Below are positions 28,785 through 38,996 of a DNA stretch of 64,000 nucleotides, piece by piece (positions within the stretch are counted from its first letter, which is position 1; each line of letters starts with the position of its first letter). Origin of the DNA: Acholeplasmataceae bacterium (GTDB lineage: Bacteria > Bacillota_I > Bacilli_A > Acholeplasmatales > Acholeplasmataceae); NCBI GenBank assembly GCA_011620375.1, contig WOZH01000041.1, positions 3,506-67,505 of the forward strand, written 5' to 3'. The translations under genes were made by a program, and so were the position numbers. Below the pieces are notes generated by a model. It saw nothing but the letters and a program-made list of their open reading frames with translations, was not told the origin of the DNA and made no database searches.

Positions 28785-29312
28785 ATGAAGATAGCAGTTG
28801 TAGGTTACGCAAGTGCAGGTAAATCAACATTCATCAAAAGGCTTGGAAAAACATTGAATATACCTGTCCTCCATATCGATAGAATATCATTTGAAGCGCA
28901 TTGGGTAGAACGAGATAGAAAAGCAGTTGAAGCGGATATTAGAAAATTCATGACACATAAAGACTGGGCTATCGATGGATCATATACAGAATTAGCACCT
29001 GAACGCTTTGAAGTAGCTGATCAAATCTTTATTTTCAAATTCAATCGTTTGAAATGTTTATTTGGTGCATGCCACCGTTGGTTTAAATATCGTAATCAAA
29101 CACGAGATTCTGTTTGTGAGGATTGCACTGAAAATTTAAATTTTAGTTTCATTTGGTGGATTTTATATAATGGCCGTAAAAAGAAGAGGCGTATGATATT
29201 TAAATTTTATGAAGAGATATATCGCGATAAGGTTATCGTCTTTAAAAATCGTAAGCAGGTCCACAGATATTTAAGAAGCATCGGTTATACGGGTTCATTG
29301 AAATATGAATAA
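28785..29312 (+). CDS. FlaR-like topology modulation protein / P-loop NMP-kinase fold
   Basis: GYASAGKST, LHIDRI, WAIDGSY, ENLNFSFIWWIL. Confidence 0.75.
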   Translation: MKIAVVGYASAGKSTFIKRLGKTLNIPVLHIDRISFEAHWVERDRKAVEADIRKFMTHKDWAIDGSYTELAPERFEVADQIFIFKFNRLKCLFGACHRWFKYRNQTRDSVCEDCTENLNFSFIWWILYNGRKKKRRMIFKFYEEIYRDKVIVFKNRKQVHRYLRSIGYTGSLKYE

Positions 29313-29380
29313 TCGCATATTATGATTGTGAATTAATTATAATTCACGTATAATAAGAATTGCATGAAAGGAGACATCTT

Positions 29381-30727
29381 ATGCAAAAAGTTCGTGTGCG
29401 CTACGCACCGAGTCCAACGGGATTACTCCATATTGGAAATGCTAGAACAGCGCTATTTAATTATCTTTTCGCACGTCATTATGGTGGTGATTTCATCATC
29501 CGCATTGAAGATACGGATGTTGCTAGAAATGTCAAAAATGGTGAAGCGTCACAATTTAAATATTTGAAATGGTTAGGCATCAATTGGGATGAATCACCGG
29601 ACAAACCGGGAGCATTCGGTCCTTATCGACAACTTGAAAGATTGGCTATATATCAGGATTATGCCAATCAACTGTTGGAACGAGGACTCGCTTATAAAGA
29701 ATATCGTGAAAATAGTGAAAAATATGCGATTCGTTTTAAAGTGCCTATGGGCGAAGTGTACGCATTTAGCGATTTGGTTCGTGGTGACCTTTCATTTGAA
29801 TCAAAAGAAGTTGAAGACTGGATTATCATGAAAGATAATGGGATTCCGACATATAATTTCGCCGTGGTTATCGATGATCATTTAATGGAAATCACGCATG
29901 TATTCCGCGGTGAAGAACATATCACAAACACACCAAAACAGATTATGGTATATCGCGCATTTGATTGGGAACCCCCGCTATTTGGACATATGACAATCAT
30001 CGTTAATGAAAAAAAGAAAAAGTTGTCAAAACGTGACAAAGATGTCGTCCAGTTCATTTCTGAATATGCCGACATGGGATATTTGCCAGAAGCCATATTT
30101 AATTTCATCGCTTTACTTGGGTGGTCTCCACCGACAAATAAAGAAATCTTATCGCATGATGAAATGATTGAACAGTTTGATACAAAGCGTTTGACAAAAG
30201 CACCATCGATGTTCGATAAAGAAAAATTAGCATTTATCAACAGCAAGTATATCAAAGCACTTGATGTCGAAACACTCGCTCGTTTGGCCAAACCATACTT
30301 AGAAAAGGCAAGTATTGCCATACCTTCTGAAGATTGGTTAAAATTGCTAGCGGAATTATTTCAAGACCGCATGACACACATCGGTGAAATCGTCACATTA
30401 TATCATGCATTCTTCCACGATGATTTCAAACTAACTGATGAAGCATATCAATTTCTTGTTGAACAAAAAAGTTTAACATTGATTGAAACATTTAAAAATC
30501 TGCTTGAGCAGTCAGATATGTCTGTAGCATCGATTGAACAAGCAATCAAACAAACAGGGAAAGATACGGAAACAAAAGGTAAAGCGTTGTGGATGGGACT
30601 AAGAATTGCCTCGACGGGTGATATGCATGGTCCGAGTCTACCAGTGGCTTTATGCTTACTTGGAAGAGAACGTGTACTTTCAAGACTAAATGACGTTATC
30701 AAAGGATTGAGAGGTATTATATCATGA
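29381..30727 (+). CDS. gltX: Glutamate-tRNA ligase
   Basis: RYAPSPTGLLHIGNART, RIEDTD, PTYNFAVVIDD, RGEEH, KLSKR. Confidence 0.97.
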   Translation: MQKVRVRYAPSPTGLLHIGNARTALFNYLFARHYGGDFIIRIEDTDVARNVKNGEASQFKYLKWLGINWDESPDKPGAFGPYRQLERLAIYQDYANQLLERGLAYKEYRENSEKYAIRFKVPMGEVYAFSDLVRGDLSFESKEVEDWIIMKDNGIPTYNFAVVIDDHLMEITHVFRGEEHITNTPKQIMVYRAFDWEPPLFGHMTIIVNEKKKKLSKRDKDVVQFISEYADMGYLPEAIFNFIALLGWSPPTNKEILSHDEMIEQFDTKRLTKAPSMFDKEKLAFINSKYIKALDVETLARLAKPYLEKASIAIPSEDWLKLLAELFQDRMTHIGEIVTLYHAFFHDDFKLTDEAYQFLVEQKSLTLIETFKNLLEQSDMSVASIEQAIKQTGKDTETKGKALWMGLRIASTGDMHGPSLPVALCLLGRERVLSRLNDVIKGLRGIIS

Positions 30728-32334
30728 AGAAATATGTACTCATTGTATTAACCATCATTAGCCTATTTGCTTTAGTGGCGTGTAAAGGTGAAGATACTGT
30801 TGAAAACAACACAGCGATTACGGCTGAATTCAGCGACCCTGAAATCAATCAAAACAGTATTAAAATCTTATTGACCATGGCAGATCCAGATAATGACATC
30901 ACTGGAACAGTTTATGTTTATTTATATGATAGCAATGACGAATACATCTCCAAGAGGAGTTATAACATTGATGAAGACGATATTTTAGGAGATGGTGTAT
31001 CTGTCACATTTACATCATTGGGTGTTGAACAATCATATTATTTAGAAGTGACAGCCACTGTTGAATTGGACAACGTTTTAATTGAAACTTATGAATTTAC
31101 GACCGTCGGTGTCATACACATCGCTACAGTTGAAGCATTTTTGGAAATGGATTCCTATCGTGGCGCTGATTATGTTTTAGATAATGATTTAGATTTTACG
31201 GGTATAGCATTTGTTTCACCATTTGGTAGTAGTTATTTCTCAGGTACGTTTGATGGACAGGGATATACTTTAAGTAATATTGATATAACAACGACGAAAT
31301 CGACTACAAACGCAGCAAATAATTATTATTATATCGGTGTATTTGGTTATATCAGTTCATCAGCTGAAATCCATGACCTCATTTTGGACAATGTCACTAT
31401 CGGTTCTCAGACAGAACCCGCTGTGCTTAATAATTTTGCTAGAGTTGGATTTTTAGGTGGATATGTCGCATCATCAAATGCTAAAATTCATGATGTTACT
31501 GTTTCGAATAGTCATGCATATATCGAATCCAACAGTGAAAACTATGTTATTACAGGTGGTCTTGTAGGTGAATTAAAAGGCGAGTTATTACGTAGTACAA
31601 TCACAAATTCGAGCATTAATCTTACAACAACCTCCCCACAAAATGATGGTAAGTTCCTCGTTAGAATGGGTGGTGCAGTTGGTTTCTTAGAACAAAATGC
31701 TGTACTTCAAGACGTCAATGCAGATGTCGATTTAACATATCATTTAAATGGCGATAGCTTTGTTGATGAAGATCGTTTAAAAATCGCGATTGGTGGTGTT
31801 GTTGGCGACAACAACGCAATCAATACATCGAATAGTTTGATTAATGTCGTTGCAGTGGGTGATATCGATGTTACGATTGATGTCAACGCAAGCGAAGAGA
31901 TGACAACTGGTAGCTTAACATTATATGTCGGCGGTTTAGTGGGTTATTCATCAACAAAATTGTTAGATGCATTCTTTGCTGGCAGTATTCATGTCACACA
32001 AAATGAAACCGTTAATGACGCAGCCATGAGCATGAATCTTTATGTCGGAGCGTTGATTGGTCGATATGGAACAAAAGCGCTTAGTCAACGATTAGTTTGG
32101 GTTTCAGATGGTGATGTCGTCACGCTTGATTTTGACAGTAACTCGATTGCATATACCGATAGTCTATTTGGAGAAAAAATTGGTACAACAGATCACATTT
32201 GCGGTGTTTATGGTGCTGAAAGTTATGTTATTAATACGATTGCACAAGCACTAACGGCACCAGCGATTACTGATATGACAGATTATTTTTCAAGTGATTT
32301 TGTCAATAATGCATATGCGAATTTGGTTGGTTAA
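30724..32334 (+). CDS. Lipoprotein with FN3-like and GLUG/beta-helix-like repeats
   Basis: Lipobox FALVA-C; Y.LDNDLDF, FSGTFDGQGYTLSN, repeated GGLVG/GGVVG/GALIG motifs. Confidence 0.7.
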   Translation: MKKYVLIVLTIISLFALVACKGEDTVENNTAITAEFSDPEINQNSIKILLTMADPDNDITGTVYVYLYDSNDEYISKRSYNIDEDDILGDGVSVTFTSLGVEQSYYLEVTATVELDNVLIETYEFTTVGVIHIATVEAFLEMDSYRGADYVLDNDLDFTGIAFVSPFGSSYFSGTFDGQGYTLSNIDITTTKSTTNAANNYYYIGVFGYISSSAEIHDLILDNVTIGSQTEPAVLNNFARVGFLGGYVASSNAKIHDVTVSNSHAYIESNSENYVITGGLVGELKGELLRSTITNSSINLTTTSPQNDGKFLVRMGGAVGFLEQNAVLQDVNADVDLTYHLNGDSFVDEDRLKIAIGGVVGDNNAINTSNSLINVVAVGDIDVTIDVNASEEMTTGSLTLYVGGLVGYSSTKLLDAFFAGSIHVTQNETVNDAAMSMNLYVGALIGRYGTKALSQRLVWVSDGDVVTLDFDSNSIAYTDSLFGEKIGTTDHICGVYGAESYVINTIAQALTAPAITDMTDYFSSDFVNNAYANLVG

Positions 32335-32389
32335 TAATTTGTAAGAAACATAAGATAAAACGGTTTGATTAAAACGTACACTTAATAAA

Positions 32390-32430
32390 AAAAACAGAAG
32401 TTATCATGAGTTTTATAGCTTCTGTTTTTT
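32390..32430. terminator. Terminator after the lipoprotein gene
   Basis: AAAAACAGAAGTTAT...ATAGCTTCTGTTTTT stem. Confidence 0.6.
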
Positions 32431-32674
32431 CTTTAGTCAACGCGTGTGAATGCCATTGCTAAACAGCATACCTAAAAGTATTCAAACAGTTGGGAAGAAA
32501 AATAATAAAGCATGCGATAAGTGAAAATGGAGTAATTATCGTTTGCTTTACACAATAATTGATACGTATCAAGTAGCTGGTAGTTCCATGATCAAACATT
32601 GTCACTTAACTTATTACCGATAGGCATTGAATATTCTTTATGTTATAATTGAAGTACGATAAAGGGGGTTTATT

Positions 32675-34522
32675 ATGCACATTTCTAAAACACGTTTTAT
32701 CAATTACATCAGATGTAATCGCTATGTAGGGTTAGATGAGATTAGACGCGAAAAAAATAAGGCGGTTGTTTCTTTTTCTGAAGATGATGATTTAGAGACG
32801 CTCATGTCAGAAGAGAATCGTGAAAAAACAAAACAACTGTTTGATGATATGTATGAAGAAAATCAAGATGGCGAGTATGAAGACCTGCTTGAGCATGATG
32901 ATCCACAGTTAGAAGTCATGTTACCTTATTACAATCAAATAGAAATCATTACCGGTAAAGCGATTGATCATCGGTTTAATGGTCACGCTATTTATAGTTT
33001 AGATACGCTTCATCAAAAACGATTTGAATTTGAACGCGACGGATTCATCTTTTATTGTTTTTTGGATGGCTATCTAGAAAACGATGATACGATACGTGTT
33101 TTTGAAACAAAGGCAACCACCTCTAAAAAGTTTTTAGATATGACATTCAAAGATGATGAAGGGCAAAAGGTATGTGTCTTTGGCTATAGCCCAGAGGGCA
33201 TTTTGATGTTGCAAGAAGAATTGGGATACCCAGTTAATGAGGAATATCATAAAAAGATTAAAAAGCTGGCAAACAGGCTTTCTAAAGAAGGTCGATATGT
33301 CTATGATATTTTATATCAACGATATGTTTTAGAAAACACCGTCGATTCAGCAAAAGAAAGAAAATATTACTTAAGCATTCTGAACAGTGAATATGTCCAT
33401 GACGGCAAAGTAAATGATAAAGGTCAACCTATCTATCCCGATGAAACTGTTGTTTTTGTGGATGTTACAAAGTTGACGGCTTCACTCATGACAATCATAC
33501 AATCAGATATTGAACGTGTTTTAGAAAGACTTGATCGAAACGATGCTAGTCCGGTTGCTTTAGGGCCACACTGTCAGCGCAATGATTCTAGACAATGCGT
33601 TTTTTATGATATTTGTTTTAATAAATTACCAAAACAAAACAGCCTGTTTGTCTATTTAGATGGACATCATGGGTTTACGGATGATGAAGGTGTGAAGCAT
33701 GATCGCTTTGATCTCATTAATGAAGGTATGGTAGCGGCTACTGATATACCGGTTAGTTGGCTAAAAAAACGGCCGAAAAATGTCATTCAAAGAGAAGTGA
33801 TTGAATCGGGAAAACCATATTACAATAAAGATAAAATCAAAGCGGCGATCGCATCCTTAAAATATCCGATTTATCATTTAGACTTTGAATCTTTCCCCTG
33901 CCCGTTACCGCGATTTAAAGGTGAAAAACCATATGCACAATCGCTATTCCAATACTCGATTCATGTAGAAAGAGAACCGGGTGTTTGTGATAAAGATCAA
34001 GATCATAACAGTTTTATTGCTACGACACACAACGATGAGAGAAGAGCGCTTGTTGAAGGGATGCTTGATGTCATTAATGACGATGGGGGATCTGTTATGG
34101 CATATAATATTTCTTTTGAAAAAACAAGAATAAAAGAAATGGCTCTCATATTCCCAGAACACAAAAAAAGATTATTGGACATCGCCGATCGACTCGTTGA
34201 TTTGATGTATTTTTTAAGAGGGAATAGGCATCTATTTGAGCAATTGGGATTTAATGATGATAATGGTATTTTTAACTTTTATGACAATCGCTTAAATGGA
34301 TCGTTTTCTATCAAAAAGGTTTTACCGATATTTAGTGAGCTTTCCTATAAAGGTATGGCTGTTGGAAATGGGACTGAAGCGCTTGTCACTTATGCACAAT
34401 TTCCAACGATGGACGAACAGACTTTTAAAGCCGCCTATCAAAACTTATTGACATATTGTAAACAAGACACTTGGGCGATGGTGGAGATTCTTGAAAAACT
34501 CAGAAAAATCGTTTATGCATAA
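32675..34522 (+). CDS. DUF2779-type nuclease: PD-(D/E)XK Fe-S (Cas4/AddB-like) domain plus DnaQ/RNase H-like domain
   Basis: ISKTRF..YIRC, D.YL...VFETK, HCQRNDSRQCVFYDIC; YHLDFES, YNISFEK, FSIKKVLP, YCKQD. Confidence 0.75.
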   Translation: MHISKTRFINYIRCNRYVGLDEIRREKNKAVVSFSEDDDLETLMSEENREKTKQLFDDMYEENQDGEYEDLLEHDDPQLEVMLPYYNQIEIITGKAIDHRFNGHAIYSLDTLHQKRFEFERDGFIFYCFLDGYLENDDTIRVFETKATTSKKFLDMTFKDDEGQKVCVFGYSPEGILMLQEELGYPVNEEYHKKIKKLANRLSKEGRYVYDILYQRYVLENTVDSAKERKYYLSILNSEYVHDGKVNDKGQPIYPDETVVFVDVTKLTASLMTIIQSDIERVLERLDRNDASPVALGPHCQRNDSRQCVFYDICFNKLPKQNSLFVYLDGHHGFTDDEGVKHDRFDLINEGMVAATDIPVSWLKKRPKNVIQREVIESGKPYYNKDKIKAAIASLKYPIYHLDFESFPCPLPRFKGEKPYAQSLFQYSIHVEREPGVCDKDQDHNSFIATTHNDERRALVEGMLDVINDDGGSVMAYNISFEKTRIKEMALIFPEHKKRLLDIADRLVDLMYFLRGNRHLFEQLGFNDDNGIFNFYDNRLNGSFSIKKVLPIFSELSYKGMAVGNGTEALVTYAQFPTMDEQTFKAAYQNLLTYCKQDTWAMVEILEKLRKIVYA

Positions 34523-34607
34523 GTTTTTAACTTATGGAAAATCGGCTTATTGCTTGTTTTACCACGTTCAATCAATTATAATGGTTATGAAGGAGTGAGC
34601 ATTAAAT

Positions 34608-35921
34608 ATGTTAAAGATTTATAACTCATTGACTGATCAGATTGAACCTTTTATTCCCCTTCACAACAAACGGGTATCGATATATGTGTGTGGGCCGACG
34701 GTCTATGGTGATATTCACATCGGCAATGCTAGACCCATCATTTTTTTTGATGTGCTTAAAAATTATTTAAAAGCCGTTGATTATGATGTGACGTTGGTCT
34801 CAAATATCACAGATGTCGATGATAAGATTATCAATCGCGCTTTTGATTTGCATATCGAAGAAAGCAAATTAACAAAACGCTATGAAGAAGCATTTATTCA
34901 TATGACGTTATTATTGGGCTCTAACCTTCCTGACCAAATGCCAAAAGCGACTGAGTACGTGGTACAAATGGTCGAATACATCCAGGAATTGATGGATATG
35001 GGATATGCCTATCAAACAGATACGGGCGTTTATTTTCGGGTGTCCAAAGTTGAGGATTATGGCATTTTGTCAAATCAAAAAGTGGCGGAATTATCACGGG
35101 GTGTCCGTATTGAATTAGATGCCGATAAGGAAGACCCAAGAGATTTCAGTCTATGGAAAAAAACAACAATTGGATTGAATTTTGATTCACCGTGGGGACC
35201 GGGGCGTCCTGGGTGGCATACGGAATGCGCAGTGATGAATAAAGAGATTTTTCATGGTGAGATCGATATTCACGGTGGCGGATCAGATTTAAAATTTCCG
35301 CATCATGAAAATGAAATTGCACAGACATATGCCCACGATCATCACCATCTAGCTAAGCATTGGATGCATGTTGGCAGAATAGACATGAGTGGCGAAAAGA
35401 TGAGTAAATCTTTAGGAAATATCGTGCTTGTAAAAGATTTGTTGCAGATCTATGATCCGCTTGCATTTAGATTATTGATTCTAAGCCATCCATACCGTCA
35501 ACCTATTAGTTATTCCGAAGATTTAATGATTCAATTTTCTAAAGAATATGATAAAATAAAAAGAACACTTAAAAAGACATACCTAACGCTTTCGTTAGAG
35601 GGTTTGAAATCTAATGTATTAGACGATGAAATCATGAAGCAATTCATCAAAATTATGGATAATGACATCAATACCCCAAATGTCATGACGTTAGTGTATG
35701 ATTTGCTCAAACAGATCAATAAATCTAATGATCCGAATCGGACGGCTGTTCTCTACTATACAGCGAAGAAAATATTGGATATTTTAGGTATCATGCCAAG
35801 ATTTGAAATACGTGACGACGTCTTGAGTATGTATCGCGAATGGGAAACGGCGCGTTCTGAAAAGAATTTTAGACTGGCCGACCAATTACGATCGAAATTA
35901 ACAGAACAGGGTTGGCTATAA
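34608..35921 (+). CDS. cysS: Cysteine-tRNA ligase
   Basis: YVCGPTVYGDIHIGNAR, GRPGWHTEC, DIHGGGSDLKFPHHENE, KMSKSLGN. Confidence 0.98.
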   Translation: MLKIYNSLTDQIEPFIPLHNKRVSIYVCGPTVYGDIHIGNARPIIFFDVLKNYLKAVDYDVTLVSNITDVDDKIINRAFDLHIEESKLTKRYEEAFIHMTLLLGSNLPDQMPKATEYVVQMVEYIQELMDMGYAYQTDTGVYFRVSKVEDYGILSNQKVAELSRGVRIELDADKEDPRDFSLWKKTTIGLNFDSPWGPGRPGWHTECAVMNKEIFHGEIDIHGGGSDLKFPHHENEIAQTYAHDHHHLAKHWMHVGRIDMSGEKMSKSLGNIVLVKDLLQIYDPLAFRLLILSHPYRQPISYSEDLMIQFSKEYDKIKRTLKKTYLTLSLEGLKSNVLDDEIMKQFIKIMDNDINTPNVMTLVYDLLKQINKSNDPNRTAVLYYTAKKILDILGIMPRFEIRDDVLSMYREWETARSEKNFRLADQLRSKLTEQGWL

Positions 35922-36310
35922 ATGTGAACGGTTTAACATTAGCCTATCTTGGCGATGCATATTATGAATACCGTATTCGTGAGTATTTAATCGGAAAGCA
36001 ATTAACGAAGGTCAACGAACTTCATCAAACAGCTGTGCGCTTTACATCCAGTAAATCACAAGCTCATATTGTCGATATCATCATCAAGCGGGGCATGCTA
36101 AACGACGAGGAATTGGATTTCTACAAACGCGGAAGAAATGCAAGTGGCAGCGGTAGAAAAAACGTTGATAGACAAACATATAGTTATGCTACAGGATTTG
36201 AAGCACTGATTGGTGGTACTTATTTATCAAACCGCAAACGTGCAGATGAGATTGTTGATGAAGCGATAAGCATTATCGCAGAAGGAACACAAGATGGAAA
36301 AGACGGTTGA
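35912..36310 (+). CDS. mrnC: Mini-ribonuclease III
   Basis: LAYLGDAYYE, YKRGRNA, ATGFEALIG; follows cysS. Confidence 0.92.
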   Translation: MAINVNGLTLAYLGDAYYEYRIREYLIGKQLTKVNELHQTAVRFTSSKSQAHIVDIIIKRGMLNDEELDFYKRGRNASGSGRKNVDRQTYSYATGFEALIGGTYLSNRKRADEIVDEAISIIAEGTQDGKDG

Positions 36311-38912
36311 GGATCAATTGAATAGCAATCAACGTTTGGATTCAAAAAACGGAGAAAAACAAAAAGGACCCAAAACAGTTGTCAAGGAAAAACTCGTCCA
36401 GATGAAAGGCGATCCTTTAGGTTTGCATATACCTCTTGAGGAAGAACCGGCATCTGGCTTGGATGTCAAAGAAAAAATTAAATCACGCGATGATATCGTT
36501 GTCGAAAGATATAATCCAGATATCGATAAAGGGTTATCCACAGAGGAAGTTGAATACCGCCAAATAGCCAATATGGCCAATGTTGGTGATATGGGATCAA
36601 CCAAGCGTATTTCTTCGATTATTTTAGGTAATCTATTAACATTATTTAACCTTTTGACGTTTGGTATTGCCATATGGATGTTAGCCTCAGGCGTACCCAT
36701 CTTTCAAGCGGTGCCGTTTGTGACAGTCATCTCGTTTAATATTACGATTGGCATCATCCAAGAAATCAGAGCGAAGAAAACAATTGATCAACTATCATTA
36801 TTGTCGGCGCCAACAGCTATCGTTATTCGTGATCGTGATGAAGTAGAAATCGGTATTACGGATGTTGTTATCGATGATATCTTAAGGTTGAATTCGGGTA
36901 AGCAAATACCTGCAGATGCCGTTGTACGTGATGGATTGCTTGAAGTCGATGAATCGTTATTAACGGGTGAATCAGATCCGATTATTAAACGCGCTGGCGA
37001 TACGTTATATTCTGGTTCTTATGTCATTTCGGGTGTTGCACATGCTCAAGTGACTGCTGTAGGTAATGATATTTATATTCAAAAATTAACTAATCAAGCT
37101 AAAAAATACAGTAAACCAAAGTCTGATTTATTGAATTCACTGCGTGTCATCATTCGTGTTGGTGGATCACTCATCATTCCGATTGGTATGGTATTGTTCT
37201 ATATGATGTTCCAGCAGGGCGGTTGGGCAGAATATTCCAATATTGTTGAGAAAACTGCTGGTGCGATGATCGGCATGATTCCATCCGGATTATTCTTGTT
37301 GACATCAATGGCACTCGCCGTTGGCGTTATTAGACTCGCACAAAACAACACCCTTGTTCAAGAAATTTATTGCATCGAAATGCTCGCTAGAGTCGATACG
37401 CTGTGTCTTGATAAGACGGGAACCATTACTGATGGTACCATGTCTGTCAAGTCAATCATCGAATATAAAAACGATTCAAAGATTACACTAAAAAATTTAA
37501 TTCCTGCTATATTGAATGCACAACAAGATGATAATTTGACATCTTCAGCATTGAGAGAGCGTTTTGGGACAGCCAAGCATTATCGTCATAAGGCGATTAT
37601 TCCATTCTCCAGTGCACGCAAATTCAGCGCTGTGCAATTTGAACGATATGGCACATTCGTCATTGGTGCTCCAGAGTATGTTATGAATAGCGGTTTTGAA
37701 AAGATTGAAAAAGAAGTTGAAAAGCAATCTAAACAAGGTTATCGCGTCCTTTTAGTCGCTTCTGCTTCTGGAGATATTGAAAACCAAAAATTCAACGGTA
37801 AAATTGAACCGATGGCTTTAATCATGATAGAAGATACAATTAGACCTGATGCTGCTGAAACCATCAATTACTTCAGAGAATATGGTGTTGATATCAAAGT
37901 GATCTCTGGGGACAATCCGGCAACAGTTTCACGTATTGCAGAACGGGCAAACGTTGAAAATGCTGACAAATACATTTCTCTTGAAAACATGTCAGATAAG
38001 GAAATTGTTAGAATCGCTTCTAGGTATACTGTCTTTGGCAGGGTCTCACCTCAACAGAAAAAGGTTTTAATTGAAGCATTAAAGAATAACGGTAAAACTG
38101 TCGCTATGACAGGTGATGGCGTCAACGATATATTAGCACTTAAAGAAGCGGATACATCTATTGCTATGGCCTCAGGTTCTGAAGCGGCACGCAATGTGTC
38201 TCACCTCGTTTTATTGGATTCAAATTTTAGTTCAATGCCAAAGGTCGTTGCTGAAGGTCGTCGTGTTATTAATAATATCCAACGCGTATCGACACTATTT
38301 TTGACAAAGACTATATTTAGTTTTTTACTTGCTCTGATTGCAATCTTCAGAAATGGATATTATCCAATCAGTCCATTACAATTATCAATGATTGAAGTTT
38401 TCATGATTGGTATTCCTGGATTCTTCATGGCACTTGAATATAATAATAAACAGGTTACCGGTAAATTTTTATCTAATATATTAAAATCGGCATTGCCAGG
38501 AGCGGTTGTTGTTGTCATCAACAGTTTGATTATCTTCGGATTAGAAGGATCGTTAGGCATGACGGATAAAATCACAACGACACTGGTTGTCATTGTCGCA
38601 ACCTTTACATCATTGATGGTTTTATACCGGACATCAAAACCGTTTAATAAGACAAGAAGAATATTGTTCTTCTCGATGGCGAGCGCGTTTGCTGCTACCG
38701 TATTCTTAATTCCATATATGTTGAATTTGACACCCATCATTTATTTTAAGTACTTTGGTGGCACGCCAGAAAGCTTAACTGTACCACAAATTTTGTTGAT
38801 GATTGTGCTCATTCAAGCGACTTATCCGTTGATGTACATCACATCAAATATTGTTAGATGGATCAAAGAATTCATTCATTTGATTATCAATAAAGTTGCT
38901 GACATGCAATAA
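36294..38912 (+). CDS. Cation-translocating P-type ATPase (CtpE-like)
   Basis: DESLLTGES, DKTGT, SGD, GRVSPQQK, MTGDGVND; TM4 motif MIPSGL. Confidence 0.92.
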   Translation: MEKTVEDQLNSNQRLDSKNGEKQKGPKTVVKEKLVQMKGDPLGLHIPLEEEPASGLDVKEKIKSRDDIVVERYNPDIDKGLSTEEVEYRQIANMANVGDMGSTKRISSIILGNLLTLFNLLTFGIAIWMLASGVPIFQAVPFVTVISFNITIGIIQEIRAKKTIDQLSLLSAPTAIVIRDRDEVEIGITDVVIDDILRLNSGKQIPADAVVRDGLLEVDESLLTGESDPIIKRAGDTLYSGSYVISGVAHAQVTAVGNDIYIQKLTNQAKKYSKPKSDLLNSLRVIIRVGGSLIIPIGMVLFYMMFQQGGWAEYSNIVEKTAGAMIGMIPSGLFLLTSMALAVGVIRLAQNNTLVQEIYCIEMLARVDTLCLDKTGTITDGTMSVKSIIEYKNDSKITLKNLIPAILNAQQDDNLTSSALRERFGTAKHYRHKAIIPFSSARKFSAVQFERYGTFVIGAPEYVMNSGFEKIEKEVEKQSKQGYRVLLVASASGDIENQKFNGKIEPMALIMIEDTIRPDAAETINYFREYGVDIKVISGDNPATVSRIAERANVENADKYISLENMSDKEIVRIASRYTVFGRVSPQQKKVLIEALKNNGKTVAMTGDGVNDILALKEADTSIAMASGSEAARNVSHLVLLDSNFSSMPKVVAEGRRVINNIQRVSTLFLTKTIFSFLLALIAIFRNGYYPISPLQLSMIEVFMIGIPGFFMALEYNNKQVTGKFLSNILKSALPGAVVVVINSLIIFGLEGSLGMTDKITTTLVVIVATFTSLMVLYRTSKPFNKTRRILFFSMASAFAATVFLIPYMLNLTPIIYFKYFGGTPESLTVPQILLMIVLIQATYPLMYITSNIVRWIKEFIHLIINKVADMQ

Positions 38913-38913
38913 T

Positions 38914-38937
38914 AAAAAGAGCGCACGGCGCTCTTTT
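38914..38937 (+). terminator. Terminator after the P-type ATPase
   Basis: AAAAGAGCGC-ACG-GCGCTCTTTT. Confidence 0.85.
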
Positions 38938-38996
38938 GTTCAAAAAAAGATTAGATTTATTTTTAAACGTTTTATATGCTCTTAGTGGAGGGATAG

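Noticed and set aside
32430-32620. Short hydrophobic minus-strand reading frames between the lipoprotein and DUF2779 genes
   Set aside because: Multiple stops, no RBS and no recognisable family.
32675-34522. CRISPR-Cas locus suggested by the Cas4-like motif
   Set aside because: No repeat-spacer array and no cas1/cas2 or effector genes anywhere in the window.
34523-34607. T-box leader before cysS or gltX
   Set aside because: The intergenic regions are too short and lack the AAGGTGGTACC T-box motif and terminator.
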